The notes beneath the pieces are model-generated. The model was not told the origin of the DNA and did no database searches. It saw nothing but the letters and a program-made list of their open reading frames with translations. Both the position numbers and the translations under genes were made by a program. Source: an uncultured virus (IMG/VR IMGVR_UViG_3300024343_000009) (Duplodnaviria > Heunggongvirae > Uroviricota > Caudoviricetes). From it: DNA of 64,000 bases. Below, piece by piece: positions 29,857-39,547 of this stretch (within the stretch, counting starts at the first letter, position 1; the number at the start of each line of letters is the position of its first letter). The stretch spans positions 1 through 64,000 of the IMG/VR virus record IMGVR_UViG_3300024343_000009; one strand, written 5' to 3'.

Positions 29857-32703
29857 ATGGCAGATGCATTAGGCGATTTAGCAATAGTTCCAGTAACGAG
29901 TAGTGATACTAATTACTTTTTGCGTAAAGTAACTGGATTAAAAATTGATAAAACTTATTCATTTAAATTTCAATGGGTTTTAGAGGATGGAACAGTAAGT
30001 GATTGGTCTCCAGGATATCAAATAGTAACTCCTACAGAAAGCATACCCACAGCCCCTTCAGCAGTAGTTCCTTCTACTTCAGTTGGTAATATTCCAGTAA
30101 CACTTTCTGCATTCCCAGCAAATGCTAAGCGTGTAGATATATATGTAATAGGTGGAATTTATGGATCAGGTAAAGTTGTTGATTCATTTTTGTCTGCGGG
30201 AACAAAAACAATTTCAATTTCAGAGCCAGGGGAATACTTAGTTACATTAATATCTGTTACTCCATCAGGCATTAATGGAACTCCAACAAATTCATTTGCA
30301 ATTACAGTTTCAGCAAGCAGCGTTGACACCACAGTTCTACCTGGAGCCCCTGCATCAGTTGTTGTAACAGGCTTTAATGAACCATCAGACCCATTAAATA
30401 GAACTGGGTATGTAAACATAAGCTTTACCGCAGGAAGCTCGGCAAAAGGACATACGATTGGTTTATGGACATCAAATCCAGGATCAAATGATCCAGTTAA
30501 AGTAATAACTGCCGACGGCACATCAACAAAAATTGATGGCTTGTTTGTAGGTTCAACATACTATTTTAAAGTAAGATCATTTAATCAATTTAATAACACC
30601 TCTTCCTGGGTTGCACCTCTTGCAAATTATCCAGTTACTATACCTGGAACAATACTGGTGCCTGGCGCAGTTACTATTTCTGGAACAGCTGCACCAAAAA
30701 GTATTGTAGTTTCATGGGGAGATCCATCAAGCAATGCATCTCTTGTAACAAATGGAGGGTATTATGAAGTAAATTTATATACCAATAGTTCTGGAACAGG
30801 ATCACCTATTGAAACTAGAAAAGCTTGGAGTAATCAAGCTTCTTTCTCAGGTTTAACAACAGGAGTTTCATATTGGGTTACAGTTAAACCATATACAGCA
30901 GGAAGCACACCTATTGCTGGAACTCTATCATCAGTTTATGGGCCATTAATTCCTACAGCAATTGATAACCCAGATTTAAAGGGCGACTTTATATTAGCAA
31001 GTAATCAGTTGCAAGTGGGTTCAACAAGCGGGGCAAACGATATACATTTAAGTGCATATACAAAAACTGTAGATTCACTATCCACAGCTGGAAGAATTTA
31101 TATTGGTGGTCCAGAAACTAGCGGAAGTGTTGCGGTAGGACTCTATAATAATTCGGGTACACCATTCTATGCAGATAACCTAGGAAGATTTTCATTAGGA
31201 GATAAACTAACATGGAGTGGTAATTTAGCTACACCAGCACTAAATATAAAAGGAACAATAGATGTAACTGGGCCAAGCACATTCTCTAGCTATGTACTAT
31301 CTGGTGCAACTAGCTCATCTTTTGTTGGAATTGGGTATCAGGTTCCATATAGACTTTCTAATACATTGCAAACTGGTGCAAATGGATTAACTGGTCTTGT
31401 AATTAATAGCAGTGGAACAGTTGCAAATAGTGATTATATAAAATCAGATGGAACATTTAGACTTGCCGCTGGCGCATTAACATTTAGCAGCGGAGTTCTT
31501 GCGGTAACTGGAAATATTACAGCAAATGCTATTGCGGCTAATACAGACATTAGTGGAGCAACGGGAACTTTTACTGGGCCTTTGAGCGTAGGAACAACCA
31601 CTCTTGCAAATATTACAGGGGCATCTTCTGTAACAGTAAATAGCGTTACTAGAGTAAGATTTATTGCTGAAAATGCTTTAAGAGCAAATGATTCTGTTAC
31701 TATAAGTGGTATTGCACAAAACCAAGTCTTTGCTTACTGGGCTGGACCAGGAAATACTAATCCAGTATATAATTATTTTAATAATCCATTTAATTTAGGA
31801 ACAGTAACTGTTTATGAAGCAGGTGCAACCTATTTTGATATTCAAAGCAGTGTAACTGGAACGTATACTTCTGGTGGAACAGCAACTGGAACTGCCTTTA
31901 GAGTAAGTTCTACTGGATTAGTTAGAGGCGCAGCAGGACAAATTGGTGGTTGGGTTATTGATGTAACTAAATTAAGAAGCGCATCAGGCTCAATATCTTT
32001 AGATCCAATAACCCCACAGATAACAATACAAGGATCTGGTGGGTACTCTGGATATAATATAACACTTGCACCTCCAACAGGAATAACAGCAGGATCAACA
32101 TTTTCTGTAACTCCAGCAGGATATCTTACTTCAACAAGTGGTAGTATTGCTGGCTGGTCAATTGGATCAAGCGCTATTTCTAAATCTACTACCTATACCG
32201 ACCCAACCTTTGGTCTAACAACTTTAACAACTACACTCGGATCTTCTGGAAATATTACTATATCATTAGATACAGGCTCAGACTTCTTAAAAAATTCTTT
32301 ATTCGTTGTAAAGAGTACAGCAAGCGAAACTCAAATAGGTCCCTCATATATAAATATGCAAATTGCAGCAGTTCCTGCTTTTTCAGTTCCATCTGGAAGC
32401 ATGTACATGGGTGTGTCAGCTTTGTCGCCAAGTTCATATTCAATATATTGGCAAGGATCATCACAGTCATCTGGGTATTCATCCTTTAAATGGCAATGGC
32501 TTAATTATCAAGGTGCCGAACGAACAGCAAATACTGCAGGAGCACAAGGATATGATACACTTCCTCAAAACGTAAGACCTTTGGTTGTAGATACGCAAGG
32601 TTATCAATGGCTTGGAGCAACAAATTATTTTTCAACAACCCAAACAACAACACCGTCAACTGGCACAGGGCAAGATGGCGACTTCTTCTTTAGTACAGCG
32701 TGA
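29857..32703 (+). CDS. tail fibre/central spike protein with FN3 domains
   Basis: FN3-like motifs (GL.VGSTYYFKVRS, GLTTGVSYWVTV), G.I.GW.I repeats. Confidence 0.7.
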   Translation: MADALGDLAIVPVTSSDTNYFLRKVTGLKIDKTYSFKFQWVLEDGTVSDWSPGYQIVTPTESIPTAPSAVVPSTSVGNIPVTLSAFPANAKRVDIYVIGGIYGSGKVVDSFLSAGTKTISISEPGEYLVTLISVTPSGINGTPTNSFAITVSASSVDTTVLPGAPASVVVTGFNEPSDPLNRTGYVNISFTAGSSAKGHTIGLWTSNPGSNDPVKVITADGTSTKIDGLFVGSTYYFKVRSFNQFNNTSSWVAPLANYPVTIPGTILVPGAVTISGTAAPKSIVVSWGDPSSNASLVTNGGYYEVNLYTNSSGTGSPIETRKAWSNQASFSGLTTGVSYWVTVKPYTAGSTPIAGTLSSVYGPLIPTAIDNPDLKGDFILASNQLQVGSTSGANDIHLSAYTKTVDSLSTAGRIYIGGPETSGSVAVGLYNNSGTPFYADNLGRFSLGDKLTWSGNLATPALNIKGTIDVTGPSTFSSYVLSGATSSSFVGIGYQVPYRLSNTLQTGANGLTGLVINSSGTVANSDYIKSDGTFRLAAGALTFSSGVLAVTGNITANAIAANTDISGATGTFTGPLSVGTTTLANITGASSVTVNSVTRVRFIAENALRANDSVTISGIAQNQVFAYWAGPGNTNPVYNYFNNPFNLGTVTVYEAGATYFDIQSSVTGTYTSGGTATGTAFRVSSTGLVRGAAGQIGGWVIDVTKLRSASGSISLDPITPQITIQGSGGYSGYNITLAPPTGITAGSTFSVTPAGYLTSTSGSIAGWSIGSSAISKSTTYTDPTFGLTTLTTTLGSSGNITISLDTGSDFLKNSLFVVKSTASETQIGPSYINMQIAAVPAFSVPSGSMYMGVSALSPSSYSIYWQGSSQSSGYSSFKWQWLNYQGAERTANTAGAQGYDTLPQNVRPLVVDTQGYQWLGATNYFSTTQTTTPSTGTGQDGDFFFSTA

Positions 32704-32708
32704 TATAA

Positions 32709-34829
32709 ATGCCTAGTATATGGAGAAAAACTGGCGGAAGCTGGGTTAAACTTAAAACAGTTTATAGAAAAACTGGTGGAAGCTGGCAGTCTGTAAAAAG
32801 AGTGTGGAGAAAAACAGCAGGAGCTTGGCAACTTGTTTTTTTGCAAGCGCTAACTCCATCAATTCAAACTAAAGTTACTATATCAGCTTCAACTTCTGCT
32901 ACTCAAACCAGAACTCTTGTCGGAAGAGTTTACTTCTGGTCTAATGCTACGGGGGTAACTTATCAGTTTGCAAAAAGCATAAACGATATATCTTATACAA
33001 ACATCACTGGTGCATCAGGAACATCAACAAACCCTTCATCTGGTGGAAGCAATACCAATGATCAATATTTTTTAAGTCAATCTGATTTAACACCAAATAC
33101 AACAAATTATTATAAATATATCTCTAAGGCAGTCAATTCAACTTTTGGAACAGAGCAAACATCTTCTTCGGATTCTATAGCAATAGAAGCCCCAAGAGAC
33201 TTATCTCTTTCTGCAACAAAGACATCTAAGACCGTAACGGTAAATTTTACAAATGACACCTACTCTGGAAGATACGAATATCAATATAAAAAAACTGCAG
33301 ACACTGCGTGGAGTTCATCTTTTTATGTAGCACCTGGTGCAACTGAAACATCTTTTACTGTTAGTTCTTTAGATAGCAGCACTAATTATAGCTTCCAGGT
33401 AAGAGGCTGGACTGGAACCGCTAATGGTTACGGATATTATGGAAACTGGGCTACTGTATCAGCAACAACAAATGCTCCCGCTGTGCCAAATCCGCCAACA
33501 AACATTACTTATAATACAATATCAAAAGACTCATATTTTATTCAATGGACATCTCCAGTTACTGATGCAACACATGATGCAGCAACAGGATTTGATTTTG
33601 GTTCAAGCTCTAGCAATACAACTCAGCCAGCAACAGAGGTAACCGCCGCTGGAGTTTCAAACACTCAATGGAAAACTATTACAATAGTAGATAGACCAAA
33701 CAACAATGAACTAATAAGCAGCCTAGCAGCTGGCACAACATACTACGGTTGGGTTAGATCAAGAAATGCAGGAGGAGTTTCTGCATGGGCAGTAGGAGCA
33801 GCTGTTACAACAACTGCATTAAAACCACCAAATAATATAACTGGTCTTGCAAAAGATACGACTGTAGATTCAGAAACAAGTTTAAAATTTACTTGGACAG
33901 CTGGCGCTGCTACGAGTACAAATGGAGCCGCAACAAGCTTTATGTATTCTTACAACACCTCAAATACTGCCCCTACAGATGGAGGCACATATGAAACAGC
34001 TGACTCTACAACAAACGTTACTTTAACAGGCTTAACAGCAAATACAACCTATTTTATTTTTATTAAAGCAAAAAATGCTGACGGACTATCAAGCACTTGG
34101 GTTAGCGCAAGTGGAAAAACAAAAGCAACAGCAAATCCTCCAGGTCCCGTAGCAACTGCTTCTGCAGGAAATGCATCACAATCAGGATTTAGATTTTCTT
34201 GGACACAAGGAACTGGAGGAAATCCTACAACATATTTAATTGCATTAAGCACATCAACTACAGAGCCAACTAGTGAAAATATTTTTAGCTATGATAATTT
34301 TTATTATGAATCAGGGACTGGAACAAACTATACATTTTCAGGTCTTTCCTCTAGTACAACTTATTATTGTTGGGTAAAAGCTAGAAATGCAGACGGTACA
34401 TCAACTTCTGTTAGAAGAACGGCAACGACAGCTGCTGCTCCAACTGTAGGAGCCCCATCATGGACTTCGGCAACAAACTTTCAAAGAGTCACATCTGGCA
34501 CGGCAAACTTTAGGTGGGGGTGGGGAAATACAGGCACACTATCTCCAACAACTGGAACTTATACAACAATGACTAGAAACGGAATGTTTTGGGAATTTTA
34601 TACATCGCTTACTGGTACAACCCCTTCCAACTCAGGATATAAATCTCAAACTACAACAAATGACAATAGAGTAGCCGTAAATGGAACTAACTTTCCCTAT
34701 TTATTGTGGAGTGCGGGTACATCTCCAGATGTTACTTATAGCGCCAATCCAAGATATGTTAGAGTTCAAGCTGACTCCTATGATTATGAAGGAAAATTTT
34801 GGCAGTCTGCATGGACGGCACGAATATGA
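32709..34829 (+). CDS. multi-FN3 tail fibre/adhesin protein
   Basis: Four to five FN3-like repeats (L...TTYY.WV.ARNA.G.S); N-terminal triple RKT(G/A)GxW repeat. Confidence 0.75.
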   Translation: MPSIWRKTGGSWVKLKTVYRKTGGSWQSVKRVWRKTAGAWQLVFLQALTPSIQTKVTISASTSATQTRTLVGRVYFWSNATGVTYQFAKSINDISYTNITGASGTSTNPSSGGSNTNDQYFLSQSDLTPNTTNYYKYISKAVNSTFGTEQTSSSDSIAIEAPRDLSLSATKTSKTVTVNFTNDTYSGRYEYQYKKTADTAWSSSFYVAPGATETSFTVSSLDSSTNYSFQVRGWTGTANGYGYYGNWATVSATTNAPAVPNPPTNITYNTISKDSYFIQWTSPVTDATHDAATGFDFGSSSSNTTQPATEVTAAGVSNTQWKTITIVDRPNNNELISSLAAGTTYYGWVRSRNAGGVSAWAVGAAVTTTALKPPNNITGLAKDTTVDSETSLKFTWTAGAATSTNGAATSFMYSYNTSNTAPTDGGTYETADSTTNVTLTGLTANTTYFIFIKAKNADGLSSTWVSASGKTKATANPPGPVATASAGNASQSGFRFSWTQGTGGNPTTYLIALSTSTTEPTSENIFSYDNFYYESGTGTNYTFSGLSSSTTYYCWVKARNADGTSTSVRRTATTAAAPTVGAPSWTSATNFQRVTSGTANFRWGWGNTGTLSPTTGTYTTMTRNGMFWEFYTSLTGTTPSNSGYKSQTTTNDNRVAVNGTNFPYLLWSAGTSPDVTYSANPRYVRVQADSYDYEGKFWQSAWTARI

Positions 34830-35071
34830 TGTTTTCTTTATATGATAAAATAGGTATGGTTGAAGATCGGATAATAACAAAATCCAAAGAAAGAGATTTG
34901 CTGTGGGAAAAAATTAATTCAGAGGGTCTTTATTGGGAGGATATCCCAGACCATGAGTATATGAAGCAGATGGAAGTTTTCAGGGTAGTAATTAATGCTT
35001 TAATGGTAGAAAGAAATACCTTGTATGAAACGATAGAGAATGATATAATGGGTAAAGGAGGTCCACAATGA
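34799..35071 (+). CDS. hypothetical protein (start uncertain, perhaps 34856)
   Basis: ORF track; ATGA overlap with next gene. Confidence 0.35.
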   Translation: MAVCMDGTNMMFSLYDKIGMVEDRIITKSKERDLLWEKINSEGLYWEDIPDHEYMKQMEVFRVVINALMVERNTLYETIENDIMGKGGPQ

Positions 35072-35292
35072 CTTATGAACTAGGAAATGAAGAAAAAATT
35101 AATATGGTAAATCAGCATATTAAAAACTTAAGCTACTCTAAGTATGATTTAGAGCTATCAAAGCTGGAGGCTTTGGCAGTACACACAGCCGAAGAGGTTG
35201 CTGCTATGGCATATCAAAATCAAATAGATGAAGTTACATCTAAAATACTAAAATTAGAAGAAATTTTAGACACACTAGCCCCAACAGAATAG
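35068..35292 (+). CDS. small coiled-coil hypothetical protein
   Basis: SD AGGAGGT upstream. Confidence 0.6.
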   Translation: MTYELGNEEKINMVNQHIKNLSYSKYDLELSKLEALAVHTAEEVAAMAYQNQIDEVTSKILKLEEILDTLAPTE

Positions 35293-35302
35293 GGATATTA
35301 AA

Positions 35303-35473
35303 ATGGATAAAGCTGAATTAATTATAACTGCATTACAGCAAAGAATAGGTGAAATTGTCTCAAACTACGAGACACAGATTGCAATTCTTCGTGCAGATAT
35401 AACGCAACAAATGCAAGAGTTTGAAGAAAAAGAAAAAGCAGTAAAAGAATTTCAAGATTCTTTAGAGGCATAA
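35303..35473 (+). CDS. small coiled-coil hypothetical protein (56 aa, not in ORF track)
   Basis: Manual translation MDKAELIITALQQRIGEIVSNYETQIAILRA...; fills the gap between neighbours. Confidence 0.6.
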   Translation: MDKAELIITALQQRIGEIVSNYETQIAILRADITQQMQEFEEKEKAVKEFQDSLEA

Positions 35474-35486
35474 GGAGAAATAAAAA

Positions 35487-35906
35487 ATGGCATTTAATGA
35501 CGGAGAGCCAATTGACGCAGCCAAACTTGGCGCATTAGAAACATCTCTTGCAGAAATAAAAGCAAAGGTTCCTCAATTTGGATCCTCTACTACTAATATC
35601 TCAATTGACAATTCAAGCATTCAGAATGCTGTTGTTCCACAGATTTTTGGCGGGGTTAGCGGAGAAGTTTTAATTAATCCAGGACAAACTTCTACATTTA
35701 CAATTAATTATTCTGCAGCTAAACTAACATCACCACCTAAATCTATTATATTAACACCATATAGAAACTCTGGAATTGCACACAATCAGGCTTATGTTGT
35801 AAAGGATTCAGTTAGCAATACAACAGCACAGTGCAAAGTTTTTCAAGAAAAAGGCTATACTGCAGGTAAGACCTTGTTTTATTTCTTAGTAATTCAACAC
35901 TCCTAG
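35487..35906 (+). CDS. putative minor virion protein
   Basis: SD AAGGAG; F.DGEPI.A.KL N-terminus and beta-rich C-terminus; end of tail module. Confidence 0.5.
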   Translation: MAFNDGEPIDAAKLGALETSLAEIKAKVPQFGSSTTNISIDNSSIQNAVVPQIFGGVSGEVLINPGQTSTFTINYSAAKLTSPPKSIILTPYRNSGIAHNQAYVVKDSVSNTTAQCKVFQEKGYTAGKTLFYFLVIQHS

Positions 35907-35908
35907 TA

Positions 35909-35936
35909 TTGACAATTTAAACCTATATGTTACAAT
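35909..35936 (+). promoter_or_regulatory. sigma70-type promoter TTGACA-N16-TACAAT with extended TG
   Basis: Sequence match at boundary between structural and replication modules. Confidence 0.6.
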
Positions 35937-35948
35937 TACTGTAACATC

Positions 35949-35973
35949 AAAGTCACGTACCCGTGACTTTTTT
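35949..35973 (+). terminator. intrinsic terminator-like hairpin
   Basis: AAAGTCACG-TACC-CGTGACTTT-TTT. Confidence 0.7.
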
Positions 35974-35989
35974 CGTATTAAGGTAGACA

Positions 35990-36793
35990 ATGAGTAACGA
36001 TTTAAAATGGATGTTATCATCCGATCAGCAGTTCCCGTATCAAGATGATAAGATGATAGCCCTATGGTTTAAGGTCATGAAGTGGTTTAAGCCAGATGTT
36101 GTGGACTACCTTGGAGATACAGACGACCAAGCCTGCTATAGCAAGTATACTGAAGGACGATCAGCAGAGTTTTTAGAGCATCATAAGAATGATAGCAAAG
36201 ATTTAATTGTTCCAATGATGCGCCATGAAGCAAAGGGCGCTAGAGATTTTTATACAAAAACAAGAGAGATGCTCCCAGACGCACAGCTATTTTCTGCATT
36301 AGGAAATCACGACATCCGTATCTTTGATTATGTTGACAAGAAGCTTCCAGACTATGCAAGCGAAGTAACACCAGAGGCTTTGTGGAGCTTAGACTCTTTG
36401 GGGTACGACTATATTTATTATGATAGTCTTCCACGAAAGCGATTCGGAGATATTCACGTACACCATGGACTTTCAATTGCAGCAGGCGGGGCAGTAAGAA
36501 AAGATATGGAAGACATGCAGGTATCTTTAATTAGAGGACACTCTCACAGAATTGCATCGCATATGGTAACATATGAACTTAGAAACAATGGTGAGGGAGA
36601 GACCTTGCGTGGATACGAAATCGGTCACATGTGTGATGAAAAGGGTCCAGGCATGAAGTATACTCAACACCATGATTGGCAAAAAGGTTTTGCCATTGCA
36701 CATATTGAAAATGGAGAGTACCCACACGTTCAAATGATTCATGTGTCTCCTAATTATACTTGTGTAGTTGATGGAAAGATGTTTAGCTTATAA
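35990..36793 (+). CDS. calcineurin-like metallophosphoesterase
   Basis: SDQQ, LGD..D, GNHD, HHG, GHSHR motifs. Confidence 0.85.
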   Translation: MSNDLKWMLSSDQQFPYQDDKMIALWFKVMKWFKPDVVDYLGDTDDQACYSKYTEGRSAEFLEHHKNDSKDLIVPMMRHEAKGARDFYTKTREMLPDAQLFSALGNHDIRIFDYVDKKLPDYASEVTPEALWSLDSLGYDYIYYDSLPRKRFGDIHVHHGLSIAAGGAVRKDMEDMQVSLIRGHSHRIASHMVTYELRNNGEGETLRGYEIGHMCDEKGPGMKYTQHHDWQKGFAIAHIENGEYPHVQMIHVSPNYTCVVDGKMFSL

Positions 36794-36978
36794 TGTGGTG
36801 CGGTAAATGTGGAGGAAGAGTTTTTGTTGATAGAGTATTTTCACAAAAACTTCATTGTGAGCTTTTCTGCGTTATGTGCGGAAAACGCTGGATGGTTAAT
36901 AAGGAAACGAGTGTTTTTGGTAAATGGTTAGACGCAAAAGAAACGGCAACCTTAAAGAACTACGGTATTTCTTCTTAA
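36793..36978 (+). CDS. zinc-ribbon protein
   Basis: CGKC...CVMCG. Confidence 0.65.
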   Translation: MWCGKCGGRVFVDRVFSQKLHCELFCVMCGKRWMVNKETSVFGKWLDAKETATLKNYGISS

Positions 36979-37409
36979 ACGATAAGATACATAAAGTTTT
37001 AAGGTCATCTAGATCTAAAGATGAACTTGTTGCTTGGTGCTATCCAGACAGCAAAAGAGTTTTATATTCTTATTCTCAGGTGTATAAGCATTTGGGTAAA
37101 GCCTACAGCGTAAAGCAAGTAGGATTACTTTTAAATAAACATAGTGTAACTATTCATGATTATATAATTGAAGGTAAAATAAAAACTCCATCAAAGATAT
37201 ATCCAATCGGTGATCCTACAAATGAAAACTGGTCTAAGTATTTATTTAGCGAATCAGACATATTGGACATACATCAATTTATTTTAGACGCTGGGCATTC
37301 AAATAATATGCCATCAAGGGCGGAATTATTGGGGCTTCTCAAACACAACATTATATTGTATACTAAGAGCTCAGAGGGTAAGTTCATACCTGTATGGAAG
37401 GCGGAATAA
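36924..37409 (+). CDS. HTH DNA-binding protein (MerR/excisionase-like)
   Basis: YSVKQVGLLLNKHSVTIHDYI.EGKI...YLFSESDI. Confidence 0.6.
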   Translation: MVRRKRNGNLKELRYFFLNDKIHKVLRSSRSKDELVAWCYPDSKRVLYSYSQVYKHLGKAYSVKQVGLLLNKHSVTIHDYIIEGKIKTPSKIYPIGDPTNENWSKYLFSESDILDIHQFILDAGHSNNMPSRAELLGLLKHNIILYTKSSEGKFIPVWKAE

Positions 37410-37519
37410 TGGCAAGCAGTCGTATAGTTATATGCCCTGAGTGTAATAAAGAGCTTGAAGTAAGATCTGATTTTGCACACATGACATTATCTAACCATAT
37501 TAAGAAGGAGCACAGATGA
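37409..37519 (+). CDS. 36-aa C2H2-type zinc finger protein (not in ORF track)
   Basis: MASSRIVICPECNKELEVRSDFAHMTLSNHIKKEHR; TAATG and ATGA overlaps with flanking genes. Confidence 0.6.
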   Translation: MASSRIVICPECNKELEVRSDFAHMTLSNHIKKEHR

Positions 37520-37716
37520 CAACAAGAGTTAAAGTAGACCTATCATTCACACGCAACCTTGGTAACTATGAAAGCATTAAGATTGGCGTAGGGGTTGAAG
37601 ACGATATCCGTGATGGAGAAAGCGTAGATTCGGCTACTGAAAGAGTTTATAAGTTTGTTGAAGACAAGCTTATTGAAAAGACTCGTGAGGTGGAAGAAGA
37701 ACTAAAGCGTGGCTAA
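37516..37716 (+). CDS. hypothetical phage protein
   Basis: TRNLGNYES motif; SD AAGGAG. Confidence 0.6.
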   Translation: MTTRVKVDLSFTRNLGNYESIKIGVGVEDDIRDGESVDSATERVYKFVEDKLIEKTREVEEELKRG

Positions 37717-38026
37717 TGAAAAACAGCCATATATTCTTATCGGGTTATATCTTTCTTTATACAAAGAGAAGTATAACAAAACCGTAACTATTAACAAGTT
37801 CCGTGAAAAATGGGCTATGCAAGATGTAATTGATAGTGTAGGATATGATCGTGCAGTAGAGCTGTTACAGTACTACTTCAAGACGAATAAGTCTGGGCAT
37901 CCGTTAAACTTCTTTTACAATAACTTTGATAGGATTGACCAGCTAGAAAAAGAAATTAAAAAGGATAAGGCAGTTCGCAGTATTCTGTTAGAGGAAACTA
38001 AAAAGATGGTGGAGGGCAAAGAGTGA
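37709..38026 (+). CDS. hypothetical protein upstream of helicase
   Basis: 105 aa, overlaps DnaB start. Confidence 0.55.
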   Translation: MANEKQPYILIGLYLSLYKEKYNKTVTINKFREKWAMQDVIDSVGYDRAVELLQYYFKTNKSGHPLNFFYNNFDRIDQLEKEIKKDKAVRSILLEETKKMVEGKE

Positions 38027-39267
38027 ATACAGAAGCAACTTTAATTTCTGCCGTATGTAAGAATAAAGATATCAGTACACTACTTGCAGACAATGTAGAT
38101 GAGCTATTTACTTCTCACAAAGATATTTGGGAAGGCCTAAAGTCATACTACTATAAGTTTAAGGCTGTGCCAGAAGCTGGAATCCTTCAAGAAAAGTTTA
38201 AAGACTTTGAGCCAGTAGAAGCCAAGGCAGAGACTGGATATTACTTAGACCAACTTAAGAATGAGTTTATATCAAATAAACTGAAGAGCATTATTATTCG
38301 TGGTGGCTCAGCATTAAAAGAAGATGCAGCATCTAGAGTGCTTGCACAAATGCAAAGCGACTTGGCAAACCTAAGTCGTTTTACAAACAATGTCAGAGAC
38401 TTAGATATTATTGATGTTGAAAATGCAGCACGACATTACGAGGCAGTTAAAGAGAGATCATCTGTAATGGGTGGCGCACCAGGAATCCTAACTGGCTTCA
38501 GTGCAATTGACAAGGCTTATCCTACAGGAATGGCCCCAGGCCACCTTATTGTGGCTATTGGCTGGCCAGGACGTGGTAAGACATGGTTTACATCATATCT
38601 CGCCTGCAAGGCTTGGGAGCAGGGCTTTAAGCCAATGATTGTATCTCTTGAAATGTCTCCAGAAAATATGCGTGACCGTATCTTTACAATGCTCGGCTCA
38701 GGATTATTCCGTGCAAGTGATTTGTCAAAGGGAGACATTAACATTGATGATTTCCGATCATGGGGAAATAAAAAGTTTGAGGGCAAGAACAGCTTTGTAC
38801 TAATTTCAAATGAAGGTGCTGCAGAAGTTACTCCTGCAACAATTCAAGGCAAGATTGATCAGCATAAACCAGATCTAGTTATTCTTGATTATCACCAGCT
38901 ATTTAACGATAACAAGCGAAGCAATTCTGAAGTTGAACGTAACCGAAATGTTTCTCGTGAGTTTAAAATGCTTGCAGTTTCAAACAACATTCCTATTATT
39001 GATATTACTGCAGCAACTGCAGATGATGTGTCAGACCAAGACAATCCGCCAATGATGTCTCAGGTTGCATGGTCAAAAGCAATTGAGTACGATGCAGATA
39101 TGGCTCTTGCTGTACATAGATATCCACAAACTAATATGATTGAGATTGTGTCTAGAAAAAATAGACATGGTCATGACTTTAATTTCTATCTAGACTGGGA
39201 TATCAACCGTGGTATCGTCAAAGAGATTTACGAGAACCCATTCCAGAATGACGCACAAAAGAATTAA
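38023..39267 (+). CDS. dnaB: DnaB-like replicative helicase
   Basis: TGF..ID, Walker A GWPGRGKT, SLEMS, VILDY, IEYDAD, KNRHG. Confidence 0.92.
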   Translation: MNTEATLISAVCKNKDISTLLADNVDELFTSHKDIWEGLKSYYYKFKAVPEAGILQEKFKDFEPVEAKAETGYYLDQLKNEFISNKLKSIIIRGGSALKEDAASRVLAQMQSDLANLSRFTNNVRDLDIIDVENAARHYEAVKERSSVMGGAPGILTGFSAIDKAYPTGMAPGHLIVAIGWPGRGKTWFTSYLACKAWEQGFKPMIVSLEMSPENMRDRIFTMLGSGLFRASDLSKGDINIDDFRSWGNKKFEGKNSFVLISNEGAAEVTPATIQGKIDQHKPDLVILDYHQLFNDNKRSNSEVERNRNVSREFKMLAVSNNIPIIDITAATADDVSDQDNPPMMSQVAWSKAIEYDADMALAVHRYPQTNMIEIVSRKNRHGHDFNFYLDWDINRGIVKEIYENPFQNDAQKN

Positions 39268-39547
39268 AAGATTTCAAATTGATGTAGAGTTTCATGATAA
39301 TGCTCAACTGATTAGCTTAAAGCCACAGTACGAGACACTATTAACTCATGACATGAGATCAAAAGGATATGCTAGGGTACTTGACATAGACACTGCATTT
39401 TCGGTAGAATTTACAGGAGAGACGTGGAAGTTCTTAATGACACTTCACGGAGTATACGTTGGAAAGAAGCAGGCATGGCTATCAGAGGGTATAACGCAAG
39501 GAAAGTTGATTCCACGCACTATGCGCCAAACCACATCAAGTCAATAA
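39248..39547 (+). CDS. hypothetical protein between helicase and primase
   Basis: Start placed at ATG 39248 (MTHKRIKRF); overlaps both neighbours. Confidence 0.55.
   Translation: MTHKRIKRFQIDVEFHDNAQLISLKPQYETLLTHDMRSKGYARVLDIDTAFSVEFTGETWKFLMTLHGVYVGKKQAWLSEGITQGKLIPRTMRQTTSSQ

Noticed and set aside
32701..32711. Stop-codon readthrough joining the two fibre genes
   Set aside because: Downstream ORF is in a different frame and no slippery heptamer is evident
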